Origin: Botryllus schlosseri
Lineage: Eukaryota
NCBI GenBank assembly: GCA_051294905.1
Contig: CM119372.1
Location: 5,396,001 to 5,460,000, forward strand
DNA: 64,000 nt
Direction: 5' to 3'
Every line of letters begins with the position of its first letter. Within the stretch, counting starts at the first letter, position 1. This document shows, piece after piece, positions 1 through 13,200 of the stretch. The translations under genes and the position numbers were made by a program. Under the pieces are notes generated by a model. That model had not been told where the DNA came from and searched no databases. It saw only the letters and a list, made by a program, of their open reading frames with translations.

Positions 1-3000
1 CGCTGCAGGCAAGAACACTGAAATGATGGTGGTGCACGTGCTCTACACCGAACTCAACGGAAAGCCTGTCAATTACGGGTAACTTTTCGCTCCCGCGCAG
101 CTCGAATCTACAACTACTACGAACATACTTGTACAAACTACTGTATTCTCGAAATGCGCAACTAGAACCAGAGCTACGCATTTTTCAAAACTCGCAACTA
201 GAACTCGAACTAGAACTAATGACCTTTAAAAGTCCAGCCACTCTAAAACACAAATAACTAGATCGGATTCCGAAGCAACTCTTCATAAGGACTGGTTTTC
301 GAGTTTGAAATGGGAGCGGATTCGACCCCCTAAAAATCACCCCTTGGCTACGCCACTATCAATAGTGATGACTCTGGGCTAGCATTGGCTGGAAAAACAT
401 CACGCAACAGAACACCGGTACCGCGATTCACCCCAAACGACAACACTGGTTTCTAGTTCTGCAATTCAGTTTTTGTAAATGGGGAACTAGAACTAGAACT
501 ACTCAAATAATATAGTTGGTTGACGGCCAACTAACTTGATTGGTAGTTTGTACGAGTCTGACTACGAATCCTGTGATTGACACAGAACGCATGGTACAGT
601 CGAATGTGTAATGTATATATTTCTGATTGCGATACAAATTTGCGAAAGTAGAGCCACATTCGCGCCGCCAGTGCAACTCATAGTTTCTTGACAGATCGAG
701 TCTGGGCAACATCCAAAGCAGCGAGACGAAGCGGCTTTCCGGGATCATCAAACCTAAGGTAAGGCCGACGCTTTCGGATACGTGACCTCGGCGAGAAACG
801 TGATTTCGACTTCGTTGTTCACGATTTTCCAGTTTCCGCTCTCGTGGCAAGTCACGTTCTCCTGCAATGGAAAGCGGGTGTACCGTGATCGCGAGATAGC
901 TTAGACGGAATTTTAGGCGATGACGTGTTATAGGTAGGGCGATACATATTGCACAATGACCCGAGTACTCGAATCTGAATCGAGTATCAATTGTAATTAG
1001 GGCGATTTTTTACATAAAAACGGAAAATTTTGACATTTTTTGATCTTAAAAAACTTAATTTTGACCAAATTTTGCCCTCATGTATGTAAATTAGGTGTTT
1101 TCGCATATAATGTTGGAATTGTACTACTTATCTTCAGATCTGGTTCGAACTTGCCTGTCCTTACGAAGTAGTTTGGCCTGAAAACACTTTTTTGACTTGA
1201 AAACTGACAAATTTTTACATGAAAAAACTTTATCTTAAGGAAATCTGGACCTATCAAGAATTCTGGTAGTTACATCACGCATTATGGTAGAAATAATAAA
1301 AATTTGTTGTTGTATACTACAACAACAGCAACAACAACAATGAGAGGTGTTTTGCTCTATTATCGGGTAGAAGGTGTCTGTCCTTACTAAGTGGCTTGTC
1401 AAAATATGGAGAAAGAACGTTCAACAGCAGCATTTGTTGGCTGGCAACACTGAAGTTGTGCGTACACTGCTGGTTACACAACCGCGTTGTTTCATTCTGA
1501 CAATGTTGTCTACTTCACAATTTTTCATCATGCGCTTATTGATATGAGAACCAATGTCAACGCAGTCTTGTTTCAGTTAGGATATTGCGGTACGTTGAGC
1601 ATAACACTATCTCAACCTATTTGTTGCATTAGACCGTTTATAATTCACAATGCGCAGACAAGGGTACAACGGTAGGCATATAAATAACTATGGTCGATTT
1701 ATTGCTGGCATATGGGTACATTTCGGAACCGGGTGGTGTCGAGATTGAATGTTTCTACCCTCACTGCGGTCATTCTCGGACAAGATGTTACTGCCGTCGA
1801 TCCATTAGTCTCAGGTCTACTTGGCGACATATGCTGGGCAAAACTTGATACGTCTTGATATGCCCCGACACCACGACAAGGTTACCTTCACTACTGGCTT
1901 ATCACAAGTCACCGGTACGCAGTCTTCGCCTTCCGACGGACATTCTTTCGGCGTGCATATCTCTTGAACCTCCACCAGCACTGTCTCGTTCTTGTCGAGA
2001 GAAGTGATTCCAAATTGGCCCACGCTGCGAAAAAAAGAAAGATTCGTTTGTCGTTTTGCTGGTTGACTCCGCTTTTATCTCTCTCACGGGTCTGTGGCGT
2101 ATTCCTTATCCATCAAGTCCACGTTGACGACGTATCTTTCGTAAGCGGCCAGGCAGAGCTGCAGATCGAATTCGCCTTTCATGTTGTCGTGAATGTGCAT
2201 CCAGTCTGAAACGGCGTCGGGAAATGCATTGTTACGCCGTGTGTGTTTGTGACTATGCGCCTATGCGTACTCGCAGGAATGCAGCCCAGACCGGAGCTGG
2301 AAAACTAGGACCAATAGAATTTCTTTAGCTTATCCAAATTAGATCAGAATTGTAATTATAGCTAAGAAGTTGTTACCAAGTTCGATTTGAATTAGAATTG
2401 TCGAATTTGCAATTACTTGGAAATTGAATTCGATTTCGGATTAGAATGGAGTAGGCTACAACAGAATTCACGTCACAAGACGTTCTATCATTTTGCCCCC
2501 CCCCTATCGCCCCCTTCGAACGCCAAATGCCCCATTTGTTATTTTCGCCCACTAGGGTATGGGGTGGGGGGGGAGGATATCGCCCGCGTTGGGAGCCACT
2601 GGTCTTGACTTTTTCTCAATTACTAGAGAATGGTGCCCTGAGGATGTTAGAGTGCTTTGTGGGGTGTGCAACATACTGGGGCGGAACTATCATACTACGA
2701 CATTTTGGCACTGGCCGTAACTCCCGCCCCAGAACACGCCAAGACCTGTGATGTTTCGGTGCACAGGCGACGGCGGTTTACATTTGAACCCTAAAATCAG
2801 ATACATCGGTGAAATCTTCGATATTAATATCTCCAGTCGCTGAAATCCATGTAAGTTGTGTTGAAAACCCTATGGCGGCCCAAGACCAGCCTTTGAAGGG
2901 GCTTGCCAAAGTGCTGTTTCGATCCTGGACAGGGGTACGAGAAACATTTCATGACAGCTCAAGAGATATTAGCGCTAAAAAGTTAAGAAACACTGCTCTT

Positions 3001-4659
3001 GACGTTTCGCAAGTTGTAGACCCTTCCTCCATTATAGTTGGGATTTGGCGGGTGGGGCTTGAGGCAGACTAGCTTTGGAATCCAAATTAAACCATTGTTG
3101 CTGTGAAATGTACGACCCCTACTTTCCAAAGCCTGACTACACTTACGTGACTTCTCATTCGTCTCCGACATCAGCGTAATCCAGTAGTACGTGGTGTTCG
3201 CGCCTTTTACCGCGACCTCGCATGCCACTTCCGTGCAGTTCTTTGCTGGACTGCCGAACGACCCCAGGCCGGATTGCATCATGACCACGACGGAAACGTA
3301 AACGGCTGAAGGAAATTCAACATTTTTCAAAATCTGGTACGGCCATGGCTTTTTTTGATGCATCTGGTGTATATATTGCATCAGTGGGGACGTCATAATA
3401 ATCCACGAATATATCAGTTGGGCCGGTGTCTTGAAAACCGCGTATAGATCAGTTACTATGAAAATGTCAATGTACGAAGTAGACGACCAGACGTCCGTCA
3501 TAAAATGTGGTAAATTCGTCTATAGATCTCTTTGCTGTGAGTTATTATACAATGATTTGCCTTGTAGAAGTTTCAATGATTATACACATCTGGCGCTTGT
3601 TTGTCCGTGTGCTGTGTAGGCTACCCAGCACCATAGCTCATAAAGTATCAAGTTAACATTCATTCATTCATTCTGTTCTACATGTCGTGTCCATTGTGGT
3701 TGGTTAGCTCGTTACCAACCAACATATCTTTTTATTGACGCCACAAAACTTGCAACAAGTTTAATTCTGCTTACGAATTAGGCTGCTGTCTGTGGTATTC
3801 ATTGTGTTTTACCACTGCAATGATTATTTACACCAGGACGATATTCTTTATTATGATTCCGCATTTGCCGACTGGTAGCACGGCCTACTTCTAGGTATTT
3901 CAAGACACCGCTTACGCGGATCAGATCACGAGGCTAGATAAACCTCCGACACCGTGGAGTGGGTATTGAGGCGATATCTCGCCCGGCAACTTTGTCAGTC
4001 GGTTCGCTGACACTGTTTCGAAACTATCCGTTTCCGCAAAACTTTTAGCGTGCAACAGCAAGTTTAAAACTTACCTATTGTCAGCAAGTATCTCTCCATG
4101 GTCCCAGTGCTGTAAAAACTTGACGAAATTGTCAAGTATCCTCGCCAAACTGAAATATATATATATCATGAGAATTGCCTAAGGATGCGTCCATTCCTAT
4201 TACGGATCAACGCTCGCGGGATTACACGTCGACAGGGTTTATGTAAATCATATCGGTTCAACCAGGGCCACATTTACCGACGCTTATCCTGCAGCCTAAT
4301 CGTGCAAGCCAATCGCATAATTACACTGACATTACGTCGATGTCATCAGATCGTGTCCGCCGTGAAAAGCTTCAAGTTCACCGTCGGGGACATCGAAATC
4401 ACGCGGGTCGTTCAGCCGCCAGAGAAGAAAGGAGCTCTGTTCGGTTTCCTGCTATATTCGGACGACGTCAACAACGCCAGGGTCTGTCGAAAGTGAACAC
4501 TTCTAGTTGCCAATTTGCGATACTGATACACCTTTTCAGATCGGCGCGCAATTGGAGACGAAATCGCCGGGCAGCTTCGCGGTGCAATTGGCCAGCGCGG
4601 TCGCGAACTCCGGCGGAACTCTGCGATCAGTCCGATGTAGGCTGAAACCGTCTTTATGA
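1..4659 (+). CDS. 3' portion of a multi-exon gene of unknown function (5' end outside window; exon chain only partly resolved)
   Basis: Phase-compatible GT-AG exons 1-78 (AAGKNTEMMVVHVLYTELNGKPVNY), 695-758 (SSLGNIQSSETKRLSGIIKPK), 833-877 (FPLSWQVTFSCNGKR). Strongly GC3-biased exons 4350-4481 (IVSAVKSFKFTVGDIEITRVVQPPEKKGALFGFLLYSDDVNNAR) and 4539-4659 (IGAQLETKSPGSFAVQLASAVANSGGTLRSVRCRLKPSL*). Linkage between the two exon groups is inferred, not shown. Confidence 0.5.
998..1690. mobile_element. Truncated copy of the TAGGGCGATTTTTT-terminated MITE (family A)
   Basis: Starts tagggcgatttttt and is colinear with 9595-10270 over ~700 bp; right end missing. Confidence 0.8.
1699..4099 (-). CDS. 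Secreted cysteine-containing protein (~191 aa), 5 coding exons, antisense within the plus-strand gene
   Basis: Exons 4099-4075, 3305-3147, 2205-2088, 2024-1886, 1833-1699 join with GT-AG introns in phases 1,1,2,0. Product: MERYLLTIAVYVSVVVMMQSGLG (signal-peptide-like) SFGSPAKNCTEVACEV...YYWITL...DLQLCL...EICTPKECPSEGEDCVPVTCDKPVVK...PICQQ*. AATAAA overlaps the stop. Last exon is less certain. Confidence 0.7.
3808..3985 (-). mobile_element. SINE body fragment (same family as 50880-51114)
   Basis: Shares gccgactggtagcacggcctacttctagg..gacaccgcttac.cggat..gctagataaacct with 42413-42588 and 50880-51060. Confidence 0.7.
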
Positions 4660-4698
4660 TATATGATGTGGTTATCAGAAAATAAGACAATATATAAA

Positions 4699-4855
4699 CA
4701 ATGTTCCCTCTAAGCTGCGCACAGAAAATCGAAGCTACGCACAAAAAATCCGAAGTGATGACCTTATTTTTAGTCGTTACGCACTGTTTTCCTAAGGGTC
4801 TGCGCAGTGAGTTCATGAGTGTGCGCAGTCTGGTCAAAAATTAGAGGGAACATTG
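4699..4855. mobile_element. 157-bp hAT-type MITE
   Basis: TIR caatgttccctctaa / ttagagggaacattg, perfect 8-bp TSD tatataaa, internal tgcgca repeats. Confidence 0.9.
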
Positions 4856-7232
4856 TATATAAACCCCACCTCTAGAACAGCGCTTCTTAGCCTTTAAAAA
4901 CATGTCAAACATTAGACATCATTATAGACATGAGACTACATTGCTAATTGAAAACATGGCGAACAATAGATATTATAATAGATATTAGACTACATTACTA
5001 TGGAATACTGATACACAACCTGTGCATCAACGACAGTGTTGAAACAACAACACCAGTGCTGCCTAACCGACGGACCGCGGTCCCAATGCAGAGGTTTTCA
5101 GTGTTTAACCGGACGTTATATGTCTCAGTATTTACTTGCTTTTTTACCAAAAAACAAAATCCGTTATCGTCGATTTGCAGAAAAACAACCATTATAACAT
5201 GATTTCTAAGCAAAACAAAATGATTATAATGATGAATTCCTGCGAACCTGTATGACCGTTATTGTACGAGTCGGGTGTGTGACTAGACCTCCGCTGAACC
5301 CCGGTTAGGTATCACTGCTCTGAAGAAATAGCTGGAAGATGATGTTTGCCATTCCTGAAAATAAGTTCTGGTGCAATGATTATATCCAGGGTCGTAACTG
5401 CCGCACCCCAAACCCCCCAATTAGGGGGGGGGGTGGCGAGCTCGAAGGGGGCCCAAAATTATTTCGTGAATTAGCATAAATTATAGAGTATTTTTTGAAA
5501 ATTGATGCAACTTTTTCAAAAAAATTTCGCGATTTTAAGTTGTCAAATATCTTGATTATTGGGTACTCTTCCCCCAAGAAAAAATACGCAAGATTTATAC
5601 AAATGGGCATATCAGCGTTGGCCATTACCGCGCCATGACGCACCAATACATATAAAGTTTTAGGCCATGTAACATTCGACTCCAAGAAGTGTGCCAGAAC
5701 GATCGGCAGCTAGAAAACCTTGGCCGAAAAGGACTGCCTTTATGCTGACCGAAAACTTCGTTATATATACAGAATACGTAGGTTTAATTGTCCATAGGCG
5801 CCTAAATGACTGGCGCCGAATGTTCCTGTCTTGGCAATCTGAACCTCACAAGACAAATACCATCCGGCAGGGAAAAATTATATGCCAGTGAAGAATTATC
5901 AATCTGAAATCGTGTGATCTTTTAGTTTAGTACGTTTGGGCAATTCTATATTTTTTGATATAGCAGCCAGGAGGTCACTAAATAACATCATGTAACGAAG
6001 TCATACCAAAGGGTCCGCCGCCCAAAGATGTTCAATTACTATTCACGGGCTCTACAGTTTCAAAGACACCACATTCAGCTCTACCGGTAAATCTGATTAC
6101 GTGAGCAGAGAGGACAAGAAATTGATAGCAAGATATATGCAATTCCCGATCTTAGTGACCGATTCAGTCATGAACTATATAATTTTCCTTCCGCTTCACG
6201 CGTTTAGGCGAGAAAAGCTGACTCACTAAACGGACATCCAATGCAGATGACTAGTAGCGGTAAAGAGCGGAGGGCCTCAGGGGGTCTGGAGGCGAAGCCC
6301 CCAGAAGTACGATTTAACACCATGTGGGGGGGGGGGTTACGAAGTGCTGTTACGGCAATGATTATATCAACCATTTTTTGCTCACTACCCAATAAATTAG
6401 TTAAAATTGGCGTGAGCCAATTAACGTTCAATAGAAGACGCCAAGTTTCGAAAACATAATAAATTGATCAAATGTATATTCTCTCAAATCCAACGGAAGT
6501 GTTATTGCTGTATTGTGTCCCAAGACATTCTATTCTTGGTGCCGACTACGGAGTAGGCACTGAGCAGCGTATGTCAGTTGCGACGCCAAACCTGTTGCGC
6601 GGTTTGAATTTCATGATCAACAGGGGCGAAAATGCTTACTACCATTAGGTCATACTCATAGTGACGTGATTTCTGATATCATTTAATACCTGACCAATGA
6701 CCATATATGCTCCTTTGCCTACTGAAAACAACATGATGCGCTGTCGCCATGGCTCATGGGCTGAAAACCCCTTCCCTTGCGTCATATTTTGATGCGAATG
6801 GTTATTATGTATCATTAATCCTCGTCAACTGTGCAGACGCCACAGGATTCCTCGAGAAGATGAAAATGACCATCTCCTAGAACGCTGCGTGGTCCGAAGA
6901 CCCTGGATAGTTTCAACTGCTCAAGTCTCGCTCGTCAGATATTGTACAAATTTTCTTGAAAAAAGTTTTAATAAATGTGCTGTAATTAAACTTTGGTGTA
7001 CCACGTGAAGAAATAGCGTAACGAAGAACTACACAGCGTTAGATCACAGGACTGCAGTTAAGTCCTCTACCGAACACTGTCTGACTATAGAACACAAACC
7101 TAAGGATAGATACGCATACGCAACTCCAGTTGTTACTTGAATGAACAGTGTAAAAGCGTCGTTTTTGTCGGACCTTGTGACCTATTGCGTCGCCGCAATT
7201 GCGTATCTATCCGTAGGTCGGTAATTTAAAGT

Positions 7233-10200
7233 CTAACTCAACAGCTCGCATTTGAGCTGCGTCAACAGCTCTAGCGACTTTGACGTCGCGTCGGTCGAGA
7301 TCCGCGAATCGGATGAAGATTTCGAGTCCGGATTTTCTTTTCCACAAGCGGGGCGATTGTCGCTACATTTGCTTGAAGCCGGCGTCGATTGCGACTTGAA
7401 ACCCAACGGCATTGGCGACAAGGTCGATCCACTCGCGAACCCTGGCACGACGGAGGACGCTTGCTGGATTCCGTATTTCCTCAGGACGCGGTCGATGACA
7501 TCGTCACCCGATTCTGTGAGCAGAAACTCGGACGTAACAACTCTGCTCGAATGTGATTCGAGCACTAACTCTAACGATTCAAGTAGTTAAGGATGATCTA
7601 TTCGAACAGCGAAAAAACTCCTCACAATGCCAAATTTTAGGCTGATTTTGAGGGGTTCAAGGACGACGAGCTAAACATCATTTAGATTTTCGTAATCAGC
7701 TTTCGATTGATATCAAGTTATCAAATTTCGCCGCTCGGCAGGACAGTCTAAATAAATGGTGCCGTAAATTGCTTTTGGTCAAATGGAAATAATGACGTAA
7801 CCAAATCGCAGTGAGCCGTGAAATTTGTTTGTGTCCACACCATTGTAGGACACGATGATGGAATCCTCAAGTCCTTGATTGGTCGTACCGCACCACACGA
7901 TACATGCAGTGCAAAGTTACGCACGTTAGTAGAAACCCCACATCTGTGATGTCTTGAACAACTCGCATCATTTTCAGTGCAATGAAACAGCCATGGTCAA
8001 AAAAATACCATACCATCTTCAATGCGATATAGAAGTGGCATTACGTTCTTTGCAGTGGATCATAAAAGGGACGTATTTGACCTTTCCACATCTTTACCGA
8101 TATCACTTCACAATGAGCGATACTCGAGTAATTGACTCGAAGCCTTATACTAGATGGAAAATCGAATTACTCAGGCACTCAATTTTCCATAGCCCTAGCT
8201 AATTACCTTGATTGTCGCGTTCCGAGTCTGCGCGTGGCGATTTCGGAGGCTTGGAAGGGGGATCTTCAGCATATTTCGCTTGTGGAAATACGACACCCAG
8301 CCTTGGTTTTGTTTTTGGCTCTTAAAAATGGATAGCTCGTTAATCGGAGATATTTGAAGAGCGTGTTGGAGGTCCAGAACTTCAGAATACAATTGAATAA
8401 TATATTCATATAGAAATAAACCCGAATATTTTCGGCTGACACTTGTCAGGGGTAGTCGTCAGCAACAACTAGTAGAGAATTGAAAAAAGCATTGTATATC
8501 AACGCAAACAATCATATCGAAAAGATACCATATTTGGTGATAGGATTGTTGATGTACAACGTTCTTTTCAATTCTCTACTAGTTGCTGACGATTACCCCC
8601 GACTAGTGTCAGCCGAAAATATTCAGGATAATTATAATATAAATATATTATTTAATCGAAGGTAGGAAAAGACTTCATGGGTCTTACGTTTTCTTTGCTC
8701 CGTTTGATCTGCGTCTTCGTCGTTCATTCTGGCTGACAGACCTGCGACAAGCGAACAAGGTCATAAAGTGCTTAATGGTGTGCAGAAGTGGTCGAAGCAG
8801 TCATTGCTAGTATTCAAGAAGTAGTAACGTCTCAATTTCGACCCAAGTAGAGTAAAATGGAAGTATTCTAGGCCTAGTTTTCCCTAAAAACGGAAAACTG
8901 TCAGCTAGAATCAGAACGATAAAAACTTGCGAATGCAGTCCATGACTTCATATATACACGAAAATTTTTGTTTTGATAGTATTTTCCACTGCAGAAGCCT
9001 TAAAACCTCGATCGGTTGTATCGTAGCGTACGAAACATGTAATACAAACCACAAAGCTACAAACGTTAGTGTGAACGACACATCTGTGAAGTTGTGATCA
9101 AATTACAGCATTGTCACAAGGTGTAATGAAACCGGCTTGGTCGAAAAAATGCCTAGTATTGTTTATTGTAATGCAGAACTCGGATTGTATTCTTTGTGGT
9201 TGCATAAAAGGTAAATACTGTAACTTCCTTTCAAGATCATTCATACTGTCGTGACGTTATAATCAGCAACGGCACCATAACGAAATCTCAGTGTCCGACA
9301 ATGCCTGCTCTCGTGGCCGCAACATATATCTCTCCCATTCGATATTTTACCTTTGTCAGCATTTTCCTTGGCGTCGCGAAGCTGCGGGTGCGATGTTATG
9401 TGAGCTATCACTGTATTTGAGGCGTCCGATTCGCCCAGCGCGGATATGGCGCGAACATGGACGCGGTACTCCGTCGAATGCCTCAATCCTTCCAGCAAAG
9501 CCCGCGACTTTTCCCCGCCTACCATGCCTTTTGGGTGTCCGTTCACGTAGATTCTGAACGAGGCACAATCAGTATACAATGTAATAATAATAAATAGGGC
9601 GATTTTTTTGACCTTAAAAACAGGAGATTTTGACCTAAAAATTAGAATTTTTACATTCTTTGACCTTGAAAATCTTAATTTTGACGAAATTTGACCTAAC
9701 CTATGCCAATTAGGTGTTTTCCCACATAATGTTAGAATGGTACTACTTATCTTTGTTTAGGGTTGGAACTGTCTGCCCTTACGAAGTAGTTTCGTCTGAA
9801 AGAAAACCTTTTTTGCCTCAAAGACTGACAAATTTTTATGCGAAAAAACTTTATTACGAAATCTGACCCTATGAAGAATTCCAGCAGTCTACGCATTATG
9901 GTAGAAATTATTTAAAAAATTTGTAGTTCAACGAAAGATAGTTTTCTACAGAAAGTGTCTGTCCTTACTAAGTAGCTTGCCAAGAATGGAGAAATAACGT
10001 TCAACAGCAGCAGTTGTTGGCTGACAACACGGAAGTTGTGCGTAAACTGCTGGCGCCAAACCGTAGTTGCTTCATTCTGGCAATGGTGTCTACATCACAA
10101 TTTTTCATCATGCGGTTCTTGATATAAGAACCATGCAATGCCCATGCAGTCTTGCTTCAGTTAGGATGTTGCGGAACGTCGAGCGTAACACCATGTCAAC

Positions 10201-13200
10201 CTATCTGTTTCATTTGAATGTTTATGATTCACAATGAGCAGACAATGGGCCGTCTGTCTACAACGGTAGGCCTATAAAGTAGGCTACAAGCTGTAAAATG
10301 TCAAATGATAAGCTCATCGACAATGCAAAATGTACGATACAAACAAATTGCAGGTTGCAAAAAAGTTTTAACTTTGTAAAATATTTTGACCTAATTCTGA
10401 CTTTTTTTGACATGTCGAAAAAAATCGCCCTAATAATAATATATTGATATGGAAATAAATCCGAATATTATCGACCGACACTCGTCAGGGGTAATCGTCA
10501 GCGACTAGTGGAGAATTGTAAAGAATTTTATACATCAACGATTCTATCACTAAATATGACAGGGACGGCATAGAAAGTTTAGAAATTGAGGCCAACAGAT
10601 GGCTTACTGCACTATTTTTACACATAAACTCAGACAATTGGAGAATTAAACTAATTAGAGCCAAAATTCCCGTAATCTAATGGTAATCTAAAATGCTTCT
10701 ATGCTAATTCCAGTTCTAATCTAGTGTCTGGTTTCCTGTAAATGTTACAGAACAGAAGAACTGAATAGAGCGAAACGAGCTTGGCTCTGATTTCATGTGT
10801 ACGGCGCTTGATTACGTTGCATTTTGATCTAATTAGGGATCTTAATCAATTACTAGGTTTTTGCAAATTCAGCAATTCTGATCTAATTTGGAAATTTTAT
10901 TTTATTCAATTTTCTAGTTGTCCAAGTCTGTATACTAGGGTCGTTCAAAAGTCACTTTTTTCCCCGGATTCCGGGCTTCACTGCTTAAATTCTCGGGCTG
11001 TCTAAAAAAGGCTGCATACCAAATTTGGCTCAATTCCAACCGGCAGTCAGTTGAAATTTTATATTTATTAAAAATATTTTCAAATTGTACAGTCAAACCC
11101 ATGGAATTGTTGAGTTTGCGCACAAAAACGACGCAAAAGAAATTTTTGACGCAATTCCAACACAAAGAAGCGAAGTTACTTGAGTTTTACATCGGTAATT
11201 CAGGGATTACCCACCATTCAAAACTATTTTTGCAAAACCATAACTTTCAAACGCAACGACTTCGCTTCTACCGGTCGGAAGTGAGCAAAAATTGTTCTGC
11301 ATCGTTATTTTAGCCAACAAACTCATGGGATTGACAGTAAAATTTGAAAAAAAGATTTTTTTTTTTACTGAATTCAAAAATTTCAATTGGCTCTGCTGCG
11401 GTTTGTACTGGTTTGAATTAAGCCAAATTTGGTGTCCATCGTGTTTTTAGGCCACCTGACAATTTAATCAGTGAATGCCCGGAATCCGAAAACAAAAGTT
11501 AATTTTGAACAACCCCACTGTACACACACACTCCTCTTATTGGCACAAACTAAGTTGGCGGATTTTGATTAAACTTCGACTCCAGTACACACAAATGAAA
11601 CAATGAATGGTCACTCCAACACAACCAATTACAATATAATTTTCGAATTTCACAATCCATCCTACCTGTATCCGACAATCTTCTCCACTTTGGCCTCTTG
11701 GCCGTGTTTATCGTACATTTTCGACGGGTGCCAACGCAATATCACGCTGCTGTGTCCAGAGGAATTGGCTACCTCGCTTACCCCGGCCCGCAAGGCATGG
11801 GGTGGCGTAGGCACGCCCGGCATAGGGGCCGACGCAGGGTCTCTGGGGGTTTGACGCCTCATCACGAGTCTCATCGCCTGCAATTGTAACACGGCGATGC
11901 AAAGAGTTGGATAGTGAATGATGGTAGGGAACGGAAATTTTGTTTCTATTCTACTTCAACAGTATTTTGACGTTGAAATACTAAATTTTGCATACTTTAT
12001 ATTGTCAACATGTCAAATGAAGTATATTTTGGAAATTTGACACCACACGACTGACGCATACAGTCGATCACTTTTCGCACCTCGACTCTTCAGAATAGAG
12101 ACTTACCTTTTGATTTTTTCTTCTCTGCCCGGGAAGGATGTTCAACTTGTGAACGAGCTCCGGGTTATTAACAAACATTTCTCGGACTCCAAACACTTTC
12201 GGAGGCGAAGTCTTCTTGAGTTTGGTCTCCGACGATGCGATACCCTCCATTAGTTTCTCGTGAGGAGTTAGCGTGTCAGGCGCCGGCAAAGACAGGGTCC
12301 TCCGCGAAGCCTGTAACACAAAACAAATCATAAATAAATCGCAACCCCCCAATCGCGACAACTTACCGGTTTCAGCCTGGACCTCCATTCCTCGGAATTG
12401 ATGTCGGGAAGCACCATTTCTTTGAACTTCTTTTTGGCCACCATCTCCTGCTCCTTGGAAATCTCCCTGGCCAATTTCTTTCGACTCGCGTTCCCCGACT
12501 TGGCGAGCGTCATCGCGTCTTCCACTTCCGCGAACAGCGACGAGCACACGCACAGCGAGTTGACCCGAGTCTTGGCGTGACGGTCTTCGCAAAACTGGAA
12601 AAGAGCACATGCTCGCGAGTTTGCGGATTCGGTTAACTTTACCACCGACCATTGTTATGTTGCGTCATGTCACATGTCATATCGAGTCACAGTGTATTTT
12701 GACTTGAGCCAAGTCAAGTCGCTCGAATTTTGGGGTGACTCGGCTCAAGTAAAGTTCTTTTGGTGTGTTGAATAGCATATTCATATTGAAATTATCCCGA
12801 ATATTTTCGGCTTACGCTCGTCAGGGGTAATCGTCAGTAGATAGTTGGAAAGAACATTGTATATCAAGAATCATATCACAAAATATGACTATCATGAAAT
12901 TTTGAGTATTTGGGGCAAAGAAAGCGCTTTAAGCTAAATGGTAAACTCCTTCAAACTCCTTCTGTCGACACAGACTTGGTCGGCGTATTTTGATACAAAT
13001 CGACTTCAAGGCACACAAATGAAAAGGTGGACGACCTCTCCAGACGACGCGAAATCTGTCGTCTCTGTAATTTTTCGCACAAGCAGAATTATACAATTGA
13101 TTAGTATATTCGTATTGAAATGAACCTGAATATTTTCGGCTGACACTCGTCAGGGGTAATCGTCAGCAACTAGTAGAGAATTTAAAAGAACAGCGTATAA

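Larger units (their letters stand above)
9395..11815 (-). other. Fibronectin type III domain (2 exons)
   Basis: PTPPHALRA...SSVILRWHP...IVGYRIYVNG...SRALLEGLRHSTEYRVHVRAISALGESDASNTV shows the canonical FN3 W, Y, L-x5-Y and A-x4-G-x-S residues. Confidence 0.9.

Noticed and set aside
3895..3970. Apparent plus-strand exon (VFQDTAYADQITRL...)
   Set aside because: Lies within a SINE body repeated at 42413 and 50880.
7252..7590. 112-aa plus-strand ORF and similar plus ORFs at 12398, 17294, 20085, 24177
   Set aside because: Antisense shadows of exons of the minus-strand KIND gene.
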